The position numbers and the translations under genes are program-made. Under the pieces are notes generated by a model. It saw only the letters and a list, made by a program, of their open reading frames with translations, did not search any database and had not been told where the DNA came from. A stretch of 64,000 bases of DNA, taken from positions 53,444,001 to 53,508,000 of the forward strand of contig NC_043013.1 in NCBI RefSeq assembly GCF_006345805.1. Direction: 5' to 3'. Source of the DNA: Octopus sinensis (Eukaryota). How positions within the stretch are numbered: position 1 is the first letter of the stretch; every line of letters begins with the position of its first letter. Below are positions 53,429-64,000 of this stretch, in pieces.

Positions 53429-53497
<69 letters not shown>

Positions 53498-53507
53498 TGT
53501 GTGCGTG

Positions 53508-53538
<31 letters not shown>

Positions 53539-53996
53539 ACAGAGAGAAACATATATAATATAATCGCATCTGCGTATAAGGGCAATATGCTTTGTATAAT
53601 TTATATAACTCAAGTCATACGGTTTTTGAACACTAATTTAATCTAAATTTGTCATGTTTTTAAACAAACAATTTACGATCCGTTAACAATTGGGAATTGC
53701 TGTGTAGCGTCTTAACAGCCAAACTAATGGGATTAAGCAATGAAGTTTCCCCCGTTGAATTCAACATCTATAATGGATTCTGCATTGTTAACATGCAAAT
53801 CAAATGATTTCTGGTTTTTTATTTAATGGTCGAAAACCATTGTTTGAGATGTGGATCACTGCGTGCGTCTTGTCCACTTTAGTCTGGCGTTTATTTCAGA
53901 CGGGTTTTACGCATTTAGATCGTTCTGATACAAATCTATAAACATATATATATATGTAAATATACATGAATACATAAATACATGGGAGTGCCTCTC

Positions 53997-54039
<43 letters not shown>

Positions 54040-54072
54040 GATCTGTATATATATATATATATAAATATATAT

Positions 54073-54347
54073 CACGTGATCACGTGACCGACCAGACCAT
54101 CAAATGTTGTTACACATTGCTGGTCACAATGCGTTCGCATTGTTTTAGCCTTCAGATGACGCCACCCCGCTGGCTAAGCGAGCAGGCCAACAGAGGAAAG
54201 AGTGGTGAAAGAGTACAGCAGGGATCGCCACCTCCTGCCGGAGCCTCGTGGAGCTTTTTAGGTGTTTTCGCTCAATAAACACTCACAACGCCCGGTCTGG
54301 GAATCGAAACCGCGATCCTACGATCGCGAGACCGCTGCGCTAACCAC
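54073..54347 (-). mobile_element. SINE family C copy
   Basis: Shares tagccttca.atgacgccaccccgctggctaagcgagcaggccaacag...cccggtctgggaatcgaaacc with 51872-52110. Confidence 0.85.
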
Positions 54348-54369
54348 TATACATCTATTTATATATATA

Positions 54370-54758
54370 CTAGCAGTATCACCCGGTGTTGCTTGGGTTT
54401 GTTTCGACCCTTTAGAATTGGAATTTTTGAAAAGTAAAAATTTTGCATTATGCAACTTGTTATTCTCTTCAAGTGAACATTTTTCCAGTTGAAATACACC
54501 GAAAAATGGTGACACAGCAGTCAACAATCGTAAAAAATAGGGATTTTCATAGATAAAAAGCACCATTTTGATGTAAATAATGTTTGGTGTTAACATGGAC
54601 CGATTTGAATTTTATCTGCTACAGAATAAAGAGCAAGGCTTCGTCTATCATACTCTCAATTTTGGTCAACTTGCACTGCAGTGTCTCGGAGGAGATAGTG
54701 TTAGTTGAAGGCTACCAAACCTGCCACGCACAGACAACTTCAGCTTTATATATAGAGA
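54370..54758 (-). mobile_element. Non-autonomous Helitron
   Basis: Minus strand A|TCtctatatataaagc ... acccaagcaacaccgggt (hairpin) gatactgCTAG|T. Confidence 0.75.
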
Positions 54759-54813
54759 TTTGCTACACACTACATTCCATCCTTAATAATCAAAGTTGGT
54801 AGAACCAAAAGTT

Positions 54814-55495
54814 AAACACACAGACACACACACACACACACACACACAGATACACACACAGACACACAAGTTGAGTTTTATATATATAGATTTCTCAACG
54901 GGGATTTCAGGGGAGAGTTTCAGGGAGTCGCTGGCGATGTATCGTGATGATCAAATATCCAGCCTGCTAAAATTTAGTGAAAGTGATTCAAACTGCAGAC
55001 TCAACGCAAAATGGTCACATTTAATTCAAAGTGTTAAAAATGTTATGAAAACAATTGGTATGTGTTCACAAAATCCAAACGATTAATACGAAAAGAACCC
55101 TCCAGGCTACATCCCGAAAATTCATTTCTTTGCCGAATTTCTACAATGTTTACGGCGATTCGTTTTTATATCTTGATTTTTTATTTTTCATGCAATTTAC
55201 GCATGCTTGCACGCGTGGGGAACACAGTTCCCGTCAAACAGCTGACTGAGTATAGTTCATTATTCAATGCATGGGATAAGGCCTAAACAAACACATTATC
55301 GATTTTTGCATTCGCGAGATGAATTTCGGAACAGAAATAGCGCAGTTCAATTTTCATTCGCCTAAACTTTAAGTGGCCCAATTTTGGTGGTTCTACGATT
55401 TGTTGGCTAGGAGGAGATGTGCCGGGAATTTAAACACACAGACACACACACACAGATACACACACAGACACACAAGTTGAGTTTTATATATATAT
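54814..55495 (-). mobile_element. Probable Helitron-type 5' ends repeated in tandem
   Basis: aaacacacagacacacac...cacaagttgagttttatatatata at ~54814-54890 and ~55431-55495. Confidence 0.5.
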
Positions 55496-55614
55496 ACATA
55501 TATATAAACATATGCATTCAAGGAATATATTCATACATATATATATATATATATATATAGTCATTAACATACAGGCGCATGTGTATGTACTTACATATCT
55601 ATAGGAATATATCA

Positions 55615-55665
<51 letters not shown>

Positions 55666-55724
55666 CATATATATATATATACAGACAGAGAGAGACATAG
55701 ATAGATAGATAGATATGCATATTC

Positions 55725-57033
55725 GAGTCAAAAAGTAGTGCCATTTTCTTTAATTTCGTATCAAGTTTTTGATAAAAATAACTGAAAGTTTTCCCGTTTA
55801 TAAATGGTTATATCATTTACGTTCTGAAATATTTTGTTTTTTACTTTTCAGGTTTTTAGACTGGTAACGAAATTTCAAAATGGCTAACCCTGCAGAGTTA
55901 CGTCGAAATCAAAGAGCAGTGATTGAATTATTTTTTGTTGCTGAGGGGGAAACCCCTGTGAACACTCACCGCCGATTACAAAATGTCTTTGGGGACAATA
56001 CTTTAGATTATAGGAATGTATGCAGGTGGGTCCGTCGTCTGAAAGATGAAAAGGTGGGAACTGTGAGTGTAGCCGATAGATAAACCCCGTTCTGTCTGTC
56101 CGTCGGCTTCTATGAATCCTGCCAATAAAGCAAAAGCAGATGTTCTGATCAGAGAAGGCGCATAATTCTTGATGAATTGGCAGAAAACCTTGAAGTGAGC
56201 CATGGAAGTGCTTACAACATTGTCGAATCACTTGGCTTTTCAAAAGTGTGTGGCCATTGGGTACCGAGAGAGCTGACTACCGAACACAAGACTGACAGGG
56301 TCAATGCCTGCACTGAAATTCTCAAGCAAAGTCAAAGAAGCAACACCATATTTCAATAGCTCGTAACAAGTGAAGAAACATTATGAACGGGAATCAAAAA
56401 ATGTAGTCAATGGAATGGCGCCACTCTAAGTCGCCGACACCGAAAAAGTTCAAGACGCAAGCGTCAGCTACAAAATTCATGGCGAATGTCTTTTGGGATG
56501 CTCAAGGTGTCATTCTGGTCAATTTCTTGCCAAAAGGAAAAACAATAAAATTCTGAGGCCTACATTAAGACTCTGACGAGGCTCAGAGCAAGAATCCGAC
56601 GAGTAAGACCCAACTTGCCAATCAACAATGTCCTCCTTCTGCATGACAAGGCTCGACCGCACACAAGCATCAGGACAAGGGAGACAATCGCCTTATTCAG
56701 GTGGACAACTTTACCGCATTCTCCATACTCACCAGATTTAGCGCTTTCAGACTATCATCTTTTCGGCCCAATGAAAGAGGGTTTGAGAGGCAAATAATAT
56801 TCCAGTGATGGGGAAGTGAAAACTGTAGTGAAGAAGTGGCTCAAGGAACAGTCAACATAATTTTACGGGGCAGGGATACATGGTGGAACATTGCTATTAA
56901 GAGAACATTGCTGTTGAGAGAAACAGTGACTATGTATCATACATCATTTTGATGTATGATACACGTTCTTGTGTTGGTAATTATACCTGTCCTAAATAAA
57001 ATGGCATTACTTTTTGACTCACCCTTGTTCGTA
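55725..57033 (+). mobile_element. Mariner DNA transposon, decayed
   Basis: TIR remnants gagtcaaaaagtagtgccatttt (55725-55747) / aaaatggcattactttttgactc (56998-57020). Confidence 0.9.
55880..56930 (+). pseudogene. Mariner transposase pseudogene
   Basis: QRAVIELFF; WVPRELT; VFWDAQG; LLHDKARPHT; HSPYSPDLALSDYHLFGPMK; internal stops and frameshifts. Confidence 0.92.
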
Positions 57034-58211
57034 GGTAAAAGTATTATCATTGAGAAAGCCAACGCGTACGTGGCGGATGTCAACTACTCAACAATGAAAC
57101 AACTTAATATAGAAACAACTGTATATAAATGTAATTCATAAAATAACACGGTGTAACACAATTTCTGTCCTCTTTACTTACGCCTAGTTGGTATGAATAA
57201 TGGCAAGTATTTCCTTCAAAATTCACTTATGTTGCATTTATTGAAGCCCCAAAGAATCCCTCTCAACACATGATTTTGATGTCCCCCACTTCTATTCATT
57301 GTCTTCACCTATTTAAGTGGTTGAGGTTAAGCAGCTGACAAAGAAACCTGTACTATTCAGCAGAGTATTTGCTATAACGATATATCTGCTTCAGCAACTC
57401 AGCGCTGAATTTGTCTGAAATATTATCGAAAATAAGTCAGTTTCAGAATATTGGTGTGCAGTTCACAAAAGCAAAGTTCCAAGGGAATGGTAGTCAATTC
57501 CTTTTATTTCAAGATAGAAGAAAATAGGAAATAACACTGACTGGCCAAAGACAAAAAAAAAAAGAAATCTGTTACACAATGCAATTGTTTACTCCCTTGT
57601 CGTCTTATTTTCTTTTATCACAGTTTTCTATCTGTCTCTTTCTCCTTTATTCTTTATCTTTTTCTCTGTATCGTTGCTCACACATGACCTTCGTCCATCT
57701 TTCTTTTCCTCATATTACCATCTTTCTTTTCCTGCTGGGACGTTTAAAGGACTGGACGTTTTCTTTCTCTTCAGTCTTTTCTCTTTTCAAAGGAAATATT
57801 TCTCCCAGGGTTCATTATTTTCCTCTCGTTCTGGTCCTACGGCCCTCCATGTTTGTTTTCGTTCGGTTTCCTTGTATGACTCCACTGTCCTGCTTTTGTT
57901 CCCAAATTTGACACTCCATAAATCCAAAATTTTATTTTGGAATTTATGGGACAAACTGTATTTGAAGACTCATATTGTCGTTGATTGCTCGAATTGAGGA
58001 TTAGATAGAAAACCGACAACTGATGAAGGGCCGTTTTTCTCTGTTTACTAGTCCTGTTTTCCATTTTTCTCTAGTTGTTTGTATATTTAACTCATTTGTT
58101 TTCGTATTTCATGTTGCTTACACAGTTGGTTGCGTCCTGTACCCATATATGTATATATATATATAATTTATATTATATATATATATATATACACATATAC
58201 ACATATATATT

Positions 58212-58243
<32 letters not shown>

Positions 58244-58258
58244 TACACACACACACAC

Positions 58259-58291
<33 letters not shown>

Positions 58292-58416
58292 CATATATAT
58301 ATGTATTTATATACACACACACATATTTATATGTACATATACACGTGTATATATGTATATACATATACGTATATATATATACACACATATATGTATAGGT
58401 ATTTATATATATATAC

Positions 58417-58506
<90 letters not shown>

Positions 58507-58516
58507 ACACACTTTA

Positions 58517-59782
58517 TACCAATTTGCAACGAGAGTTATGACCGTTTTTTAAGGCGCAATAACGCAATAAAAAAAGGCAATATCTGATTTATTTAATCGC
58601 TAATCTAGTCATCGTTGTTCTCCATGACGTCTTTCCATCTGAGAAGGAGATTTTTAATGCCCCGTTCACAAAATACTTTAGATTTAGAAGTGAAACACGG
58701 AATTAACTCATTTTCAACTTCTGCTGTTGAAGTAATTCCTAATCGACTCAAATAATTTTGTAAACTTTTAATGAGATGGTAACCTGTGGCTGCAAGACCC
58801 GGAAACTATGGTGGACGATATATAATTTTCTTGGAATATTTTTCTCCAAGATTTTTGGTCTTTTGTGCAGTGTGAGCACTAGCATTATCATGATGAAGGC
58901 TGACTACTTTTCAGTTTGATATCGATGAATGATTTTTGCTCCAAAGCTGCTTTCATATATGTCAATGATTGGCAGTATAAACCGGAGGTTGCTTTTCGAT
59001 TGTCTTCTAGCAGTTCGTGCTGAATTATTCCATGCATATCCCATCATACACCGAGAAGTATCTTCCTCATATAAAGGCTACTTCTGGACAGCTGAGCATG
59101 ACCTTCACCGCTAACTGAGCCACTGAAGTTTTCTCTCAACATAATAGTAACCTATTCGCTTTTTCATCTCTAGGAATGACTTGAATTCCAAAAATGCATT
59201 TGCAGCAGGTAAGGTCGCAGGGATGTACAGCAGTCAACACGCCGTTTGCAATTGTCTCCTGAGAGATAATCCAAATCCATTTTCCAACCTTTGACACTTT
59301 ACTAAACCTTTTCAATCCACGTTGATCTGTCCTGTGGCTCACGCTGAAACCCTTGCTCAGTTCCCGAAGATTAACACTCGGGTTTGTCCCAATGCATCAG
59401 GACCCAAACCTTTTGCCTACCCTTCTCTTATTTCATCCTGAAGGGTGTATTATCCGTTTCTGAATTGAGAAAACCATCTTCGACATGTGTTTTCAGTCAC
59501 TCTGCTGTCATCATAACATATTTTGGATTGACTTTTCAGCTGCACTTCAATAATTCCGTGTTTGAAATTCATAAACAATAACTTCACGAATACGTTCTGT
59601 GCTTGGCGTGAACATTGGACCAAAGCAACAACTTCAATTATGATAAAATTGGCAGAAGATAAAAGAAACTGAAAGAAAATTATATATTAATGATTTCCTC
59701 GTATTTCAAGTAGTTAAACAGCTTTAAATCTAACTGATATTTACTAAATAAGTACGGACAAGACTTTCGTCGCAACATGATA
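58517..59782 (-). mobile_element. Second, older mariner (different family), decayed
   Basis: Degenerate TIRs taccaatttgcaacgagagttatgaccg / cggacaagactttcgtcgcaacatgata; minus-strand LHHDNASAHT and PP*FPGLAATGYHL motifs. Confidence 0.8.
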
Positions 59783-59849
59783 CGTATATAAACATATGTA
59801 TATGCACACGCACACACGCACGCACACACATACATGTATATATTAATAC

Positions 59850-59936
<87 letters not shown>

Positions 59937-60287
59937 TATACATATATACATACAAAAAACATGCATATATGCTGTTCAGTCAAGAAAAGACTTGTGAAAG
60001 CGGGAGTATACTAGGGGGGATTTGCAAAGAGGCGACGAATTATACATCAGTGTTATATACAGCACTACACACTGGAATATACATCTACACAATGATGTGT
60101 ATTGATGCAGCATAGTTTCTGGCGTCTGGCAAAGACATTTGGGAGGCAAGTGGACTTTTTAAGAATCATTGTCGAATGCAAGACTCTTTTAACAGTCAGC
60201 GGTAGTCTTCCTTAGATATAAGTGGACAACTATTATAGAAAAATATGTGTGTTAGTGTATGTATGTGTATGTTTAGATATCGGTAGG

Positions 60288-60336
<49 letters not shown>

Positions 60337-60468
60337 GGATGTGTATTCATGTATATATTACACGTACCGAGATACAATGCAGTCATACATATCTATATGT
60401 GTATGTATGTGCATGTGTGTAAATATATTTGTTTACTTATGCGTAAAAACACACTCATATATATATAT

Positions 60469-60502
<34 letters not shown>

Positions 60503-60675
60503 CATACATGAGACTGTTGCATGTATATATGTATGTACAATATTTATAGGTACGTTTTTATATGAATATTAATATAAACATAATTATATGTATCTATAAA
60601 TAAATATAAATATATACAAATATAAATAACTATAAATAGATATAATAGAAAGATAGATAGATAGATTGATTGATT

Positions 60676-60758
<83 letters not shown>

Positions 60759-60759
60759 C

Positions 60760-60828
<69 letters not shown>

Positions 60829-60914
60829 GTAAAGAGATGGATAGGAAGATAGAAAGAAAGAAAGATAGAGAGAGAGAGACAGAAAGAAAGAATGATGTAT
60901 AAATAGATAGGTAA

Positions 60915-61001
<87 letters not shown>

Positions 61002-61635
61002 CCCAAAGACCAACGCACTCTCAATCACACACACATACTGCGTCTCAGTCAAACGCACACACACACACAGACATAATGATAGATTCACATGGTTATATTC
61101 TATGACTTCACTAATACGTTATTCAAATAGTTTTCTATTTGAAGTGAGGTTTGTGCTGAAAACTGAACGAAACAATTGCTGAATAAGTTTAAGGAAAAAT
61201 CATGAAAATATTCTCTCATAAATATTTAGCAAGCGAGCTTGAATGCCCAATTTCGACATCTGAGGAGTTGACATTTATTCGTGTCTCCAATAGATATCTG
61301 ATATTTTATCTAAATATTTATGATTAATCAATTCTTCTCGATCTGAATTCTGTTCTTTATATATATTTTATATTTTTTTATGCAATAGACATATACTAAT
61401 ATGTCTATTTAGAGGTTTTCTTTTTGATTTTATTTATCGCATGACATAAAACAAGTGCGTGCGAGAATGTATGACTGCATATATATATATATGTCTGTCT
61501 ATATATAAGTATATATGTATATATATAATTATACATACATGCATACATACATACATACATGATGTTGCTTCTCTTATTACGAATATCTTATGTATATGCA
61601 TTCATATGCAGCTTGACTATATACACATACGTGCA

Positions 61636-61707
<72 letters not shown>

Positions 61708-62152
61708 GTGTATGTATATGTGTATGTATGTATGTATGTATGTATGTATGTATGTATGTATGTATTTATGCATGTATATGTATGTATATGTATATATATA
61801 TATATACATATATATTCAATGGCTTACATTCTCACACACGTGTGCATACACATACGCGAACATAGCCAGTCACAACCATAGTTATACGTAAGTGCGTGCT
61901 TGTTTGTCGTGACGTATATATGGATATTGATGTGATTCATAATGTGTGTTTATGAATATTATATGTATATACATATATATATATATTTATATATTTATTT
62001 ATTCATATATATACTCACACACATATTTTCGTACATTAGCATATATCTTTCCCTTTTTATAAGCATATGTATATATATATATGTAGATGTGTATATGTGT
62101 ATACAGACGTATATATATATACATATATATACATACACACACGCATAGATAC

Positions 62153-62183
<31 letters not shown>

Positions 62184-63439
62184 CATATATTTATATATAT
62201 ATATATACATATATACATACATATATATATACATATATATATATATATATGATATATATATTTAGGGTATATATGTATAATTTATATAAATATACATGCA
62301 TATATATATATATATTTATATGCCTTTTTATTATACACACGTGTGTATGTTTGATATCATGTGCTTGTGAGTGTTTCACGATAGAATTGTGTATGTGTAG
62401 GTGTAATATTGAGAGACTAAAAGCTGTGTTTGTATTCAAGAAACACTCTACCGTATGCAATATAATTTGTCTATAGTTCCATAAAACACGATTTAGCAGC
62501 AGAAATGGTGGAATTTCAAATGAAGCTCTTCCAAAATCTTTTACACGGAAAGTCTTTCTGAGATCAAACCACACCGAGCTCATTTTTGACTTTTCGTCCC
62601 TCATGGGCTAATAAAATATTTTTGGAAATAATATAATTCACTCGAACTAAAAGGTGTTTGGTTTTACGTAAAGGAATTCAATAGTTTTCGAAAAACCCTT
62701 CACCGCTATTGCTGCTGTTGCTGTTGTTACAGTTTTTGTTGCTGCTGTTGTTGTTGTAGTTGTTTTTTTATTGTTTTTATTGTAGTTTAACCCCTTTTCT
62801 TAGTCTTTTTGTGCAGGTTTATAAGCAATGAATCCCAATTATACCCATCCTCTCTGTGAACGATATTTTGGTCTAATTGTCGAATGTGATCTTTCCTTAT
62901 ATAGAACAATAGTTTATAATTTCAGAATGATTTGACTGTCATTTCTAGCTTGCATAGCAAACACCTATAAGCACAGTTGTTTGTTTTAGCCCTCCTTGGT
63001 TTAAGTCTGCCTTTATGTAATTCAATTTTCAGAATTCAAATTTCATCAACTTTCATGAAATACTCAAGAGTTTAAAAAATGAGTTAATATTGCAAGACAG
63101 AACGGATTTTCTTGTCTCTGCGAAACATCGAAGTTGCTGAAAAATAACCTTTGATAATTATCAGTTAAACGGTAAATAAGCGGGAAGTTTCTACCTTATG
63201 ACTCGATTTACTTGTTATAGCAGCGAAATCTTCCTCAGACCAAAGCCTTCAATCTTGATAAATGAAAACATATTGGACAATGTAGTGCAAGTTACAGAAA
63301 AAGAGGTGGGATAATTCTGGCTGGAAAACTTTTGGTCGTAGGCCAGTTTTATCACGACAGACAAGAAGTTATTCGTCATCAGCAACACCAATTAATTAAA
63401 TAGGATTTTACAGCGAGACATAAATATTTGTCTTAAATT

Positions 63440-63960
63440 TTGACACAAGGCCAGCAACTCTGGGGGAGGGGACAAGTGGATTATATCGACTCCAGGGTTC
63501 AACTACTACTTATTTTATCGATTCCAATAGCATGAAAGGCAAAGTCGATCTCGGCAGAATTTGAACCCAGAAATTCAAAACAGAAGAAATGCCGCCAAAC
63601 ATGCGATTTTTCCAGCTCTCCTAATATGTGACCAAGGCCATAAAATTGACAGATGAGCCTCAGAATGTGACTGGTACTATACTTAATCAACTCCGGGAGA
63701 AATACTGCCCGATATTTTGTCCAAAGCCCTAAAGATTCTACTAAATCAAAACCTTTTAGCAACAAGAACAACTTTACGGGGTGGGGGCTTAAGTGATAGT
63801 CTTTGATTGGTAGTATATTTTATAGACTGTGCAAAGTTGAAAATATGGTAGGACTGGGATGTATTTCAACTGTAAATATAAAGAGCCTGTTTCAATACGG
63901 CAAGGCATTTCGTCTGGTGCTCTACCGATTCTGTCCTCCATCGCCATCCATTAACATAAC
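63440..63960 (-). mobile_element. Cluster of degenerate SINE family B copies
   Basis: cacaaggccagcaactctgggggagggg...atgaaaggcaaagtcgatctcggcagaatttgaacccag plus further fragments. Confidence 0.65.
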
Positions 63961-64000
63961 ATTTCCTATTTAACACACAAGTATGAATATGTAGAACGAA

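Overview
AT-rich eukaryotic intronic/intergenic DNA saturated with (TA)n, (CA)n, (GATA)n and trinucleotide microsatellites and several tRNA-derived SINE families; the repeat landscape suggests an octopus/coleoid cephalopod genome (inference). Almost all ORF-track entries are microsatellite artefacts, and I find no convincing intact host gene (one weak candidate exon). Supported elements: a 6.4-kb Penelope-like retroelement (RT plus C-terminal GIY-YIG, Neptune-like, frameshifted) with direct pseudo-LTRs carrying hammerhead-ribozyme (HHR) motifs; a decayed R4/Dong LINE plus a separate 3' end in (TAA)n; a Hero-like LINE 3' end; two decayed mariners; non-autonomous Helitrons; MITEs. Two observations stand out. 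(1) In the CA-rich 3' UTR of the Penelope-like element, two GC-rich, A-depleted islands 1.5 kb apart (13624-13802 and 15306-15490) pair colinearly into a ~180-nt G.U-rich RNA rod, and most surviving A's follow a G, as expected if ADAR editing had been fixed by reverse transcription. (2) A recurrent class of short fold-back elements, mostly HHR-bearing and from several sequence families, sits in (TA)n tracts across the window. All pairings and translations were done by eye.
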